A stretch of DNA of 64,000 nt from Promethearchaeota archaeon (GCA_048939015.1 JBHLPW010000022.1:1-64000); one strand, 5' to 3'; counted from the first letter of the stretch, positions 52,601 to 62,832 are shown. The notes: a model not told the origin generated them from the sequence alone. Program-made: numbers and translations.

Positions 52601-53480
52601 TGGTTCCTTTGAAGTAGTTCTATATAAGACAGGTGAAATAATTTTTAACTATGATTATATTAATTATACTAGCGGGGGATATACTTGTGGATTAAATTTA
52701 GGTTTGGACACAAAGTATTATAATTCATACCAAGGATTAAATGATTCTACTGAAGATTTTTCGATATTATTTGCATATGATATGCTCCCAAACTCTTTTG
52801 ATTTATCCACAAATGCGGTTATTCCTTCTGATGATGATGGTATGTTTGATTTAGAATGGACGGAATCTTTCCTGGCGAACAATTATTCTGTATATCAATA
52901 TTCTAAGTATATAACAGAAATTAATGAGAGTTTAACAATATTGAGAGAAGATACAAATGATTTACAAATACATTTAGAAGGATATTCTGATGGAACTTAT
53001 TATTTTATTGTAGTTGCTGAGAATAATTATGGTAAAACAAAATCAAACTGCATTGAAGTGATTATTATTCAACAACCTCCAGAATCATTTACACTAGTTA
53101 CTGATGCAGATACTCCATATGATAACGATGGTGCATTTAATCTCTCCTGGACTGAATCTAATAGAGCAGATAGTTATAATGTTTATCAATATACCAAATA
53201 TATAACGACAATTAATGAGAGCTTAACTTTGATTGCTGAAGAAATTACCGATCAAGAACTTGCTTTAAGTAGCTATGGAAATGGGAGATATTATTTTATT
53301 GTAGTTGCTGAGAATGAAGTTGGAAAAACTCTTTCCAACTGTATTTTAGTAATAATACTTCATGAAGGAGGCGGTGGTGGGATACCCGGTTATGAACTGT
53401 TATCTATTATTGGAGTACTAGGAATTTCATTAATAGTTTTAGAGAAAAGAATATCCAAAAAGATTAAGAATAATTATTAA
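49635..53480 (+). CDS. secreted papain-like (C1A) cysteine protease with CARDB-like, MAM/jelly-roll-like and FN3-like domains and a Loki-CTERM tail
   Basis: NQGAQGSCAAW, DHAQTIVG, VNSWG...WGDNGY catalytic motifs; FSDDFESG..GWLIDDI; C-terminal GIPGY-TM-basic. Confidence 0.9.
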   Translation: MKLFNKKQILSCVLLSTILLSFLPSLHSSFLFSNSIQKEISEIEINPNRYDSSETFVCTLNGKEYLAKYISQEDVEVMKTSSDLKEENKNYNNIIDGHGTGLCAPTKEDLEKLIGKISIIGTLPESEPHKPQAAQDLSSDVSFPSVGNQGAQGSCAAWALTYYCYGYLEAKDHGWSASSGNPDYLMSPAWTFNKVTTTSGSWMTDNAQIIVDWGCATMSAMPYDDSDVNSWGSETAWREAPYHRAYDYYLIDFNEFNPNATIDVIKNMIVNGTPVTFAMDSSQFTSGFSDGNYIISSSEYDSLILDHAQTIVGFDDSESDDGNVGAFRVVNSWGSSWGDNGYYWLTYETLKEIGFALGDFGLHLCVIEDRIDYVPSLIATWEFDPAPTRMNNLITLGVGPHSSPLASKTPWYYYDDVYSLPEFMTFDISDFQTYYDEDNDVFFLLDVGSSTITGTLSSFKVERYNITGILEETTPESPMVPMLTPGYVHATFMDIDHELEVELDVPSMVDINTTCIINATVINNGIYAESSVDLFLYLDGILFNSTTIPILLAGHNETINYSWTPFECGNHNFTVYAPPIMGEYYIINNFFSTISTVRLKIFSDDFESGLSNWESITGLWHLTDDSSSWTDPYHSPTHSMWFGDESTGTYNTGDLEMGDFISIPIDLHGYLNAKLEFYHWRESEADIDWDKSIVYISVDGTNWDLLYQNDVSYIAPWEKITVDISAYIGKTIQLKFYFDTGDNLNNDFRGWLIDDIVIYSLGPIYHDLQVSLNVSNFPKIGMPYQINSTVINNGLNNESNVDFFLYLDGLPVFSTTILNITVGNSKTFCYNWTPTEYGLYNFTAYIPPILDETFLDNNHFTKMIPLYELKNYTMTTGFIYDWIDASGGSELILSDDGYSTASLPFTFQFYNQSFSTIYIGANGYLSFIDSAPSQYSNSPFPSNDSLHSYMIAPFWDDLYPPEGHIYIESFADYWVLEWQNITHWSDPLVGSFEVVLYKTGEIIFNYDYINYTSGGYTCGLNLGLDTKYYNSYQGLNDSTEDFSILFAYDMLPNSFDLSTNAVIPSDDDGMFDLEWTESFLANNYSVYQYSKYITEINESLTILREDTNDLQIHLEGYSDGTYYFIVVAENNYGKTKSNCIEVIIIQQPPESFTLVTDADTPYDNDGAFNLSWTESNRADSYNVYQYTKYITTINESLTLIAEEITDQELALSSYGNGRYYFIVVAENEVGKTLSNCILVIILHEGGGGGIPGYELLSIIGVLGISLIVLEKRISKKIKNNY

Positions 53481-53720
53481 ATATTTATTCTTTTATTTCT
53501 TTTTATTTTTAGATAGATTAATACCATAATCAATTTTGGGCATCCTTGGCACTTTTCCATTCTGTAATACAGCACTATTCTAATTGAAAATATAGTCAGA
53601 CTATCTTTTAGTATAAAATACAACTCATACAAAATTATAAATATAATTATTTCTCGTTAAACTCATAAACATTAAAATTCTAATTATCATTTTGTATATA
53701 AATTAAAGGTGTAATTCAAA

Positions 53721-56700
53721 TTGAATTTCAAAAAAAAAAAGAACAAAATTGTTAAGTTACTGATTTTCTTATTAATGCTATTTTTACCTATGCTCTCTAG
53801 TCAGATAAATTTCACTTTATGGCGTAATTCTAAAATTTTAGATTCAGGTTTTGATCAACTTGAGAATAATTCATGGTTAGATGATGATTTTATGGAGTTA
53901 AAATTTAGCTTCCCTAATCTTTGTATTGAACCTGTATATTCTTATCCTGGAAAAATATTCCATCAAATATCTCTAGAGGGTGGTGGTAATTTAGCTGAAG
54001 TAGGAAATCCTAAATTGCCTTTCAAAACTATTCAAATTCTTTTACCATATGGTAAGGATTTAAAGGATATAGAAGTCCTTAGTGGGAAAGAAGTTGAATT
54101 AGAAGGTAAGTATGAAATAGAGCCTGCACAAAAACAATTACCTATAGGACTAAATGAAACTCCTGAGTTTTATATTAATGAAGAAATATATAGCTCAGAA
54201 TTAAAATTTCCAAATGAAATCTACAATATTGAAGGTATTCATGAATTTAGGGGGTATAGAATACTAATTATTAACATCTTTCCAATTTCATATATTCCAA
54301 AACTGGGAAAAATTACTCATATTGAAGATATATTAATTAACATAGAACTTGTAAATTCTAAAGATGTAAATAAATACTTTCGAGATTCAACTAAAGACGA
54401 AATAGAAATTTTACAACTGGTTGATAATCCAGAAGTGATTGACTCATATACGCAAGAAAAAACAGAAATTCCTTCATTTGATTTACAGCCAGGATCATAT
54501 GATTATTTGATAATTACTAGCAATTCTCTCTTGAATTCTATGGGAACGTATACTTTTCAAGATCTTGCAGCGAGCAAAAATGCCTCTGGTCTCCAAACTC
54601 GAATTGTTACAACTGAGTATATTTATGCTAATTATCCTGGAATTGATGAACAAGAAAAAATTAGAAATTTTATTATAGATGCTTATCAAACGTGGGGGAT
54701 TGAATATGTACTATTAGGAGGTGATGGGGATGCGGTTTCCATCGGAGGTGAAAGTGGTGATGCTATAATCCCTGCTAGAGGTTTGTATGCTACGGCTTAT
54801 GGCTTAGGATTAAATATTAGCTCTGATTTATACTATGCGGGATTGGATGGAAATTGGAATACTGATGGTGATAATATTTGGGGAGAAGAAGATGAAGATG
54901 ATCTATATGCCGAAGTTTACGTAGGGAGAGCTCCTGTAGATTCGGAAGAAGAATTATCTAATTTTATTCATAAAACTTTAATTCATGAGCAAGAAACACA
55001 TTTATATCTTTCGAAAGTATTGATGGTAGGAGAAGATTTAGGATGGTCTGTTTGGGGTGGTGATTATAAAGATGAGGTAAAAAACGGTTCAGATTCATGG
55101 GGATATACAACAATGGGTTTTCCAGCAAGTTATAGTGTAGATACGTTGTACGATCGCGATTTAGATCCAGATAGCTGGGATAAAAATGATATTATTTCCT
55201 TAATTAATGATAATATCCATATCATCAATCATCTCGGTCATTGTGATGTAGAATATGCAATGAAGATGGTGAATCATGATGCTGATTCACTAACAAATAA
55301 TCATTATTTCTTTGGATATAGTCAAGGATGTTATAATGGAGCCTTTGATAATATAGGAGCATACGGATCAACTCATATGAATGATTCAATAGCAGAACAT
55401 TTTGTTACATCTCCTAATGGTGCTTTTGCATTTATTGCAAATAGTAGGTTTGGATGGGGAGATGTTGATGGTACAGACGGTGCCTCTCAATATTACGATC
55501 GTCAATTTTTTGATGCAATATTTGGAGAGGGAATTGAAGAAATTGGGAAAGCTAATCAAGATTCAAAACATGACAATGTCGGATACATCTCTCAAGAAGC
55601 AATGAGGTGGTGTTATTACCAACTTAATCTTTTTGGAGATCCGACAGCAAAACTACCTCCACAACCAAATGATTATGCACCTACACTTATGAATGGTGAT
55701 ATCACACCTTCTACAGGCAATCAAACAACATTATTTAATTATACAGTTGATTACTATGATCAAGACGGTAATCCACCATTACGAATTGATGTAGTGATAA
55801 ATGGTAAAAATTATCCTATGTCTAAAGTAAATCCCTTGGATGAAAATTATACAGATGGATGTGATTATTATTTTACAACATATTTGCAGCCAGGAAGTTA
55901 TGATTATTATTTTGAATGCGAGGATTATAAGTTCTCATATAGTACTTCTACTTATTTCGGTCCAACAGTATTGGAAAAGCCAAATGAGAATTCACCAACA
56001 CTAACTGATGGTCAGGTACACCCCTATAAGGGGTTATATAACCAAACAAGCTTTAGTTATACTATCAATTATACTGATCTTGATAATAATGCTCCCGAAT
56101 ATATAACTGTCACAATAAATTCTACTACTTTTTCAATGGAAAAACAAGATTCTATTGACAGTAATTATATGGATGGGTGTTTATTTCTTTTTGAGACGAC
56201 TTTAGAACATATAGGACTTTATGAATATTATTTTAATTGCTCTGATGGAACCAATCCTGCATCTGATGGAATAAATTTAGGTCCAAACACAATAGAAACA
56301 CCTCTATTTGAGGGAATGTTTATAAAGCATGTACTTAACTTAACTGGTACAACTTATGATTCTGAATTTTCATATGAGTTTGATTCTGGAAGTTTATTTA
56401 ACGTTAAATGGAATATAAGTTCATATATTGGAACCTGGAAAGTAGATTCCTTAAATAGGATAATGTCTGATGCATCAGGTGCTTTACATTTTGGCAATGG
56501 ATACCATACACCAGTATGGATTTTTACAAATGTATCGTTAGGAGATACGGTTTTAATCGCAGTGGATGGAGAAGGCGATCATATTTTTAACATAACTAAT
56601 GAGTTAGAATATGTTTTACCAAATTTTGGTAAAGTTGGGATCTGGGTCTTAGAAGATTTAACAACACCAGGAGGTATTGCTTGGTATGAAAAAAGCACTG

Positions 56701-58640
56701 GAGTTCTCTTAAACGGTTCATTTTTATATTCTGGAGGATCAAATAAGTTAACTTTTGAATTTGTTGATTCAAATAGCCATTTCACTTACTGTCCAAATTT
56801 GGATGTACCCGGGTTAACAAATCACCTGATCTCGTCCCTAACAGGAGATCAAACAACTTTATTCACATTTAATATAACATATATTGATTTAGACAATGAT
56901 TTCCCCATATTCATTAATTTAGTGATTAATGATTCAAAATATCCAATGATGAAAGTTAATGATTTCGATAATTATTACATCGATGGTTGTGATTATACAC
57001 TCGATATATATCTACAACCTGGTACTTATATGTATTATTTCGAATGTAGTGATTGGTCATACTATAATTCTACAGAATATTTCACAGGATTAAATATCAG
57101 TGAAAAAATCAATGAAGATCCACCATTATTAACTGATGGTAAGATAATTCCAAATTATGGTTATGCAAATACTACTTTTTTTACTTATTGGATTAACTAT
57201 ACTGACTTAGATAACAATGTTCCTACATTAATGACAGTTACGATAAATTCTACAATATATTTGATGTACAAACAAAATCCATATGATAATAACTACATGG
57301 ATGGGTGCATCTACATATATGAACACATGTTTGAACAGGAAGGAATATACCAATATTATTTCAACTGTAGTGATGGTTCTATGCAAGATAATTATGGACC
57401 AATCAGTGGTCCATTGGTTAAATATTGTCAATTATTCGATGGATTATATATTAAGCATACTTATGAGGAAAGTGGTTCTAAGTTCGATTCGGAGTTTTCA
57501 TATTCTTACCATTCAGGTGATTTATTTGAAACTACATGGGATATCTATTTATATACTAATACATGGAAAGAAAATGTTACAACACGAATCATGACTGAAT
57601 CAAGTGGAATGGTCTATTTTGGAGATGGATATCACACTCCAATATGGATATATAATAATATCTTTTTAGGAGAGAATGTATTAATTGCTATATATTCCGA
57701 AGGAGACCATATTTTTAATGTAACAGGAGAAACTATATATACCATTCCCCAGGTTGGAAATGTAGAAGCCTGGGTTTTGGAAGATTTAACTGTTCCTGGA
57801 GGTATAGCACTCTATGAGAAAAGTACGGGAGTTTTAATCAATAGCACTTTCTTTTTTAACGGAGGATCAAATTCTTATTCATTTAAATATATTGAATCGA
57901 ATGCAAAGTTTAAGTTTATTGAGATCTTTCATGAACCAGAATTAACATATGGAGAAGTTACTCCAATTGAAGGAACTGAATATACTGAATTTTTATTTTC
58001 TGTTAATTATATTGATCTGGACAATGAAGAACCTACATATATTAATGTTGTTATAAATGGAACTGTTTATTCAATGGCAAAATCAAATCCTGGAGATACA
58101 AATTACATCGATGGGTGTATATACTATTTTTCAACTCATCTTAATCCTTCTACCAACAGTTACTTGTATTATTTTGCCTGCAGTGATGGGCGCTTTGATA
58201 TATCTACGAGTGTATATAATGACTTAATAGTCCATACTTTACAACCACCTAGCAGCTTTACCCTTAGTACTGACGCACTTTCCCCCGATACAGATGGGAT
58301 ATTTAATTTAAATTGGACAGTATCTTCTGGATCAAATAATTACACAGTATATGAGCATGATAATCTTATAACAAAGATTAATGACAGCTTAAGTGTATTA
58401 ACCGTTGAAATTACTGATCTTTCACTTCCCCTGAGTAGTTATTCAAATGGAATTTATTATTTCGTTGTTGTTGCTCATAATGAAGCAGGAAATACGATCT
58501 CGAATTGTGTTCAAGTAACTATAGGCATTTCATCTCCGAGAGGCATCCAGGGATACAATATATTCTTAATAATATTAACAACATTAAGTATATCTATTTT
58601 AATAATCAAAAAATGGAAAACAATACATATAATAAAATAA
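53721..58640 (+). CDS. secreted gingipain-like (C25) cysteine protease with propeptide, repeat stalk and Loki-CTERM tail
   Basis: Propeptide GNPKLP; YLIIT, YVLLGGD, SDLYY, YVGRAPV, catalytic NHLGH and SQGC, LFGDP; GIQGY-TM-basic tail. Confidence 0.9.
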   Translation: MNFKKKKNKIVKLLIFLLMLFLPMLSSQINFTLWRNSKILDSGFDQLENNSWLDDDFMELKFSFPNLCIEPVYSYPGKIFHQISLEGGGNLAEVGNPKLPFKTIQILLPYGKDLKDIEVLSGKEVELEGKYEIEPAQKQLPIGLNETPEFYINEEIYSSELKFPNEIYNIEGIHEFRGYRILIINIFPISYIPKLGKITHIEDILINIELVNSKDVNKYFRDSTKDEIEILQLVDNPEVIDSYTQEKTEIPSFDLQPGSYDYLIITSNSLLNSMGTYTFQDLAASKNASGLQTRIVTTEYIYANYPGIDEQEKIRNFIIDAYQTWGIEYVLLGGDGDAVSIGGESGDAIIPARGLYATAYGLGLNISSDLYYAGLDGNWNTDGDNIWGEEDEDDLYAEVYVGRAPVDSEEELSNFIHKTLIHEQETHLYLSKVLMVGEDLGWSVWGGDYKDEVKNGSDSWGYTTMGFPASYSVDTLYDRDLDPDSWDKNDIISLINDNIHIINHLGHCDVEYAMKMVNHDADSLTNNHYFFGYSQGCYNGAFDNIGAYGSTHMNDSIAEHFVTSPNGAFAFIANSRFGWGDVDGTDGASQYYDRQFFDAIFGEGIEEIGKANQDSKHDNVGYISQEAMRWCYYQLNLFGDPTAKLPPQPNDYAPTLMNGDITPSTGNQTTLFNYTVDYYDQDGNPPLRIDVVINGKNYPMSKVNPLDENYTDGCDYYFTTYLQPGSYDYYFECEDYKFSYSTSTYFGPTVLEKPNENSPTLTDGQVHPYKGLYNQTSFSYTINYTDLDNNAPEYITVTINSTTFSMEKQDSIDSNYMDGCLFLFETTLEHIGLYEYYFNCSDGTNPASDGINLGPNTIETPLFEGMFIKHVLNLTGTTYDSEFSYEFDSGSLFNVKWNISSYIGTWKVDSLNRIMSDASGALHFGNGYHTPVWIFTNVSLGDTVLIAVDGEGDHIFNITNELEYVLPNFGKVGIWVLEDLTTPGGIAWYEKSTGVLLNGSFLYSGGSNKLTFEFVDSNSHFTYCPNLDVPGLTNHLISSLTGDQTTLFTFNITYIDLDNDFPIFINLVINDSKYPMMKVNDFDNYYIDGCDYTLDIYLQPGTYMYYFECSDWSYYNSTEYFTGLNISEKINEDPPLLTDGKIIPNYGYANTTFFTYWINYTDLDNNVPTLMTVTINSTIYLMYKQNPYDNNYMDGCIYIYEHMFEQEGIYQYYFNCSDGSMQDNYGPISGPLVKYCQLFDGLYIKHTYEESGSKFDSEFSYSYHSGDLFETTWDIYLYTNTWKENVTTRIMTESSGMVYFGDGYHTPIWIYNNIFLGENVLIAIYSEGDHIFNVTGETIYTIPQVGNVEAWVLEDLTVPGGIALYEKSTGVLINSTFFFNGGSNSYSFKYIESNAKFKFIEIFHEPELTYGEVTPIEGTEYTEFLFSVNYIDLDNEEPTYINVVINGTVYSMAKSNPGDTNYIDGCIYYFSTHLNPSTNSYLYYFACSDGRFDISTSVYNDLIVHTLQPPSSFTLSTDALSPDTDGIFNLNWTVSSGSNNYTVYEHDNLITKINDSLSVLTVEITDLSLPLSSYSNGIYYFVVVAHNEAGNTISNCVQVTIGISSPRGIQGYNIFLIILTTLSISILIIKKWKTIHIIK

Positions 58641-58900
58641 TACTATTCAATATAGTTATTTTTTTTTATTTAAATTAATTTCAGTAAATATTCTTAATTT
58701 TTAAGTAGATTAAGAGAATAATTCACAATTACTTTTGCTTTCTTTACCTCCTTCCATTGTTTTAATTTATTATGGGCATCCCATCATTGTCCTTTTTATT
58801 GATTTTGACTTATATGTAAAGATTATTTTATATGCTATGATTTTCTTTAATTTTAAAATAATATTTACAAAAAGAAATCTAAAAAACGAAGTATGAAATC

Positions 58901-60433
58901 ATGAAAAAAATTAATTTAAAAAATGGGTTAACTATAGGGTTAATAATATTTCTAATTTGCTTTCCATTAATTTCAGGCTTCACAATTATGAGAAGAATGC
59001 CTCAGATAACTGTGGAAATACCAGAAAATATAAATTTTTCTCAAGCAGAAATATTTGACGGTTTAGTTGTAAATTATACATTTGAATATATGAGCATAGT
59101 ACATAATGCAGGATTTAGCTATGAATACGATTCTGGGAATAATTTCAATCTAACTTGGCGGATAAGTGGTAGTGGTATTAGCACTTGGGTAGAAGATGAA
59201 ACTACACGCATAATCAGTATGTCAAGTGGAATATTTGCATTCAATGATGGATCACATGCTCCAATTTGGATTTTTACTAATGTTAGTCTTTATGATCTTG
59301 TACCAATTACTGTTGATGGTACAGGAGACCATATTTTTAATATAACAAAGGAAAAAATATTTAATATTCCAGGATTTGGTTCAGTAGAGGTCTGGCAATT
59401 AGAAGATTTGACTTTTCCAGGAGGCATTGCCTGGTATGAAAAGAGTACAGGAATTTTAATAAAAGGGGATTTTTATTATGGAGGTGGTTATTATAAATTT
59501 GATTTTACTAATACAAATGCTGCACTTAGCTATGTCCAACCAGTTTCTGGATTGTTTGAAGGATTGTACATGTTCTATGATTGGGGAGGGGCTACTACGG
59601 TTAATACTTCTTATAGTGGTTACTCTGTTAATACTTATAACGTAACTATGGATGTAGGTCTTATTGGAACTGGAAGTTGGAGTGTAGATACAACGACGAG
59701 AATTATGAGTTTTGTAGATAGTGGTGGACCAAATTTTTTACCAGGTGTATATACTCTATTTTGGATAAATACTAGTGTTTTGTTGGGAGATCATGTGCCT
59801 ATTACTGTTGATGGTGAAGGAGATCATATTTTCCAAGTTATGGATAGCATTAATTTAGAGTTCCCTGGATTTGGACCTATTGGTGTTTGGGAACTTGAAG
59901 ATTTAGATGGAAACGGCGGATTAGTATGGTATGAAAAGAATTCAGGAGTTCTATTAAATGGTACATTTTACTATAGTGGTGGAGGATCACAGTACTCAGT
60001 AGATATCTTAGATACTAATGCTAACTTCGGATATTTACTTCCATATGCTTTTACGTTATCAACAAATGCAACTGATCCTGATACGGACGGAATTTTTGAT
60101 CTTGAATGGACAAATTCAGTATTTGCTGAGGACTACTCTATCTATGAATATTCAAGCTATATTTCTGAAATCAATGGTAGTTTAACACCTATAGCATTGG
60201 ATACCACAAATATGACTAAACATCTCAGTGGGTATAGCACTGGAGAATATTATTTTATTGCTGTGGCAGAAAATATGGCTGGATTAACTCTGTCTAACTG
60301 TATACATATTACAGTTACACTTCCATCACCAGGAGGAATCCCAGGATATAGTATTTTTGTCCTATTACTAGCAGGATTAAGTATTTCTATAGTAATACTA
60401 AAAAGATGGAAAAGATTAACTATAATTAAATAA
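58901..60433 (+). CDS. non-catalytic surface protein built from the same repeats as the neighbouring proteases, Loki-CTERM tail
   Basis: Signal peptide; 2x (W..D.TTRI..PIWI.TNV.L.D.V.I.VDG.GDHIF..WYEK.TG.L) domain; DTDGIFDLEWT...TLSNCI domain; GIPGY-TM. Confidence 0.85.
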   Translation: MKKINLKNGLTIGLIIFLICFPLISGFTIMRRMPQITVEIPENINFSQAEIFDGLVVNYTFEYMSIVHNAGFSYEYDSGNNFNLTWRISGSGISTWVEDETTRIISMSSGIFAFNDGSHAPIWIFTNVSLYDLVPITVDGTGDHIFNITKEKIFNIPGFGSVEVWQLEDLTFPGGIAWYEKSTGILIKGDFYYGGGYYKFDFTNTNAALSYVQPVSGLFEGLYMFYDWGGATTVNTSYSGYSVNTYNVTMDVGLIGTGSWSVDTTTRIMSFVDSGGPNFLPGVYTLFWINTSVLLGDHVPITVDGEGDHIFQVMDSINLEFPGFGPIGVWELEDLDGNGGLVWYEKNSGVLLNGTFYYSGGGSQYSVDILDTNANFGYLLPYAFTLSTNATDPDTDGIFDLEWTNSVFAEDYSIYEYSSYISEINGSLTPIALDTTNMTKHLSGYSTGEYYFIAVAENMAGLTLSNCIHITVTLPSPGGIPGYSIFVLLLAGLSISIVILKRWKRLTIIK

Positions 60434-60475
60434 ATCTATTTAAAATCCAATTTTTTTTTATTTAATAATTTTTAA

Positions 60476-61006
60476 TTAAAATTTCTTATTTTTAAAAAGG
60501 TTTAGAGAATATTCAACGATTTCCAGAGCATCTTTAGCAGATTTCCATTCCTTAAATTTAACCCATTTGTGTGGTTCTAGCCGTTTATATGTTTCATAGA
60601 ACTCCTGAATCTCTTTAAGTTTGTGATTATGTACATCTTCAATGTCATTATATCCGCTAAATCTGGCATCATTGACTAGAACAGAAAGAATTTTTGGATC
60701 ATCTCCATGCTCATCTTCTATAATTAAGGCACCAATCACTCGAACTTTTACTATACAGCCTACTTCAAGTGGCTCATAACTCATTATCATTATATCAAGA
60801 GGATCGTTATCATCTGACCATGTTTGGGGAACAAAACCATATTCTACAGGAAAGATTACAGATGACGGAATAATTCGATCGAGTACAAATGCTTCCCATT
60901 CGTGCTTGTATTCATATTTATCTCTAGAACCACTAATCACTTCGATTACTGCGTTTAAAATAACAGGAGGCTCATCACCGGAGGGAATATCTTTCCAAAG
61001 ATTCAT
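60476..61006 (-). CDS. ppa: family I inorganic pyrophosphatase
   Basis: KYEY, LDR, YGFVPQT, DDNDPLD, DPKIL, FYETYK. Confidence 0.95.
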   Translation of the reverse strand: MNLWKDIPSGDEPPVILNAVIEVISGSRDKYEYKHEWEAFVLDRIIPSSVIFPVEYGFVPQTWSDDNDPLDIMIMSYEPLEVGCIVKVRVIGALIIEDEHGDDPKILSVLVNDARFSGYNDIEDVHNHKLKEIQEFYETYKRLEPHKWVKFKEWKSAKDALEIVEYSLNLFKNKKF

Positions 61007-61087
61007 ACATATCTAAATCTAAATAACTTTTTAAAGTGTTAGATCTTATTTACTAAATTATTTATTTGGATTAATATAATTTTATCT

Positions 61088-61579
61088 ATGGTTCGTCCTT
61101 GGTATTGGCCTAAAAACGGAATGCCCGAAAAAACTACACCCTTTACTTGGATTGTTAAGAATAAAATCGCTGCTTCTTGGTGGCCAGATGCTTCTTTAAT
61201 TGAAAGATATAAAAAAGAAGGAATCAAAGCCATTATAAATTGTTCTGAATTTGATAATCGAAAAGATATCCCTGATCACTTCAAATATTATCATATCAAT
61301 ATACCTGATTTTGGTACTCCAACTGATTCTCAATTAAAAAAATTCCTGGAAATTACTAGTAGTCTTGGAGAGAATAGAATCCCCATAGTTGTACATTGTG
61401 TTGCTGGGTGTGGAAGAACAGGTATAATGTTAGTAATTTGGGCTGCTGTTAATGGTTATATTCCAAATGGATTGGATCCTGTAAAATGGATTCGAAAACT
61501 TAGGCCATGTTCCTTAGAAACGAAGGAACAAAAGGAATTGGCACGGAAAATGGCTAAAAAGTATCAAAAACTTGATTAA
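61088..61579 (+). CDS. dual-specificity/protein-tyrosine phosphatase family protein
   Basis: IPDF acid loop, VHCVAGCGRTG P-loop, RP.SLET.EQ. Confidence 0.92.
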   Translation: MVRPWYWPKNGMPEKTTPFTWIVKNKIAASWWPDASLIERYKKEGIKAIINCSEFDNRKDIPDHFKYYHINIPDFGTPTDSQLKKFLEITSSLGENRIPIVVHCVAGCGRTGIMLVIWAAVNGYIPNGLDPVKWIRKLRPCSLETKEQKELARKMAKKYQKLD

Positions 61580-61656
61580 TGTAAAATATATAAGAATGGA
61601 ATATATTTTATTATTAAGATCATAATTTTTTAAATGCGATAATAGTCAAATTTCAG

Positions 61657-62832
61657 ATGCTTATGCAAAAAGCTGACTACATTTATATGATAACTGATAA
61701 TATATTGGTATATCAAATTAATTTACCTTCTGATTTTAGTGGAAATAAATTACGAGAGCATTTAAATAAATTTGATGAACAATTTCTTGAAATAATTGCG
61801 GGATTTGATAAAAACTTCTTAGAGCATTTCCTAATAATATCAAAAGGAAAGAACCAAGAAGATATCTCTGAAATACTTAAAAAAATGGAGAAAATTTCCC
61901 GTATGATTGGTCCTACTGGAAATCTAAATTATCTTACCCCTAATCAAATCCAATATATTCTTACAAAACTAGGCTCACTAAACCTAAATGAAATCAAAGA
62001 AGCAAAGATTAGTCAATTAGGAGATGAACAAATTCAAAAAGAGTTTGGAACTGGAACTGCATACAGTGCATCTTCAGCATTAGAACAACAACTTGCTAGT
62101 GCAGCATTTTACTTACAATCTATAGGATATAATATTCAAGAGATACAGGATAAATTTAACGAAGTAAGACAAGATCCATCTAAATTGGATGCTTTATTTA
62201 CACTACAGCCTAGAGATATAATTAGCGTCCCTGATGAAATCCAAACAAGAGATACACCGCCCACAAGAACTCAACCGAGTCCAACTCCTCAATCTACTAC
62301 TATTGAGAGAAGTCAACAAACTCAAGATGCCATTGAACAACACGTAAGTTCAATAGAACACGATGTTTCAGGAGAAAGAGCAAAGAAAGTCGAAGAAATA
62401 CTAAATCTTATAAAAGCACATGTAAGAGATAATATGAATGAGAATTATGAAAGAGTCTTTAAACAGATCCACCCTGATAGATTGAATAAAGCTTATAAAA
62501 TGCTAAAAGATACAAAAAGAAAATCCAAAAGAATGTCTCTTTATTTAGAATGGTTCTTTTGCTCTTATCTTTTATCCAATATTGAAGTGAAGGTTGAACA
62601 CTGGCAAACTAGCAGCGCAGCGAGCCATGGTCAAACAGGAGTATATACAGCAGGAATAAGTTTTTCTCGATATGATAATATTATAAGAGATTTCCCAGAT
62701 CATAAGTTAGCAAAGGTTATTAATATTGCAAGACGTATCCTGCAAAGTCCTACAAAACAAGCAATTCAAAAGCTCGCAACAGATTTAGTTGCAGAAACTG
62801 GATTCGATGAGCACCTTTATTTTACAGATTAA
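61657..62832 (+). CDS. hypothetical two-domain protein with Pro/Thr/Gln-rich linker
   Basis: 391-aa ORF; linker RDTPPTRTQPSPTPQSTT; no recognised motif. Confidence 0.75.
   Translation: MLMQKADYIYMITDNILVYQINLPSDFSGNKLREHLNKFDEQFLEIIAGFDKNFLEHFLIISKGKNQEDISEILKKMEKISRMIGPTGNLNYLTPNQIQYILTKLGSLNLNEIKEAKISQLGDEQIQKEFGTGTAYSASSALEQQLASAAFYLQSIGYNIQEIQDKFNEVRQDPSKLDALFTLQPRDIISVPDEIQTRDTPPTRTQPSPTPQSTTIERSQQTQDAIEQHVSSIEHDVSGERAKKVEEILNLIKAHVRDNMNENYERVFKQIHPDRLNKAYKMLKDTKRKSKRMSLYLEWFFCSYLLSNIEVKVEHWQTSSAASHGQTGVYTAGISFSRYDNIIRDFPDHKLAKVINIARRILQSPTKQAIQKLATDLVAETGFDEHLYFTD

Noticed and set aside
15523-57594. Other nested or antisense track ORFs (e.g. 15523, 16807, 18797, 20526, 21591, 26962, 27865, 28430, 31157, 33212, 33908, 38996, 39395, 39725, 41271, 45602, 47878, 49583, 54495, 55402, 56579, 57228, 57283)
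   Set aside because: Lie within or largely overlap longer genes with clear family motifs
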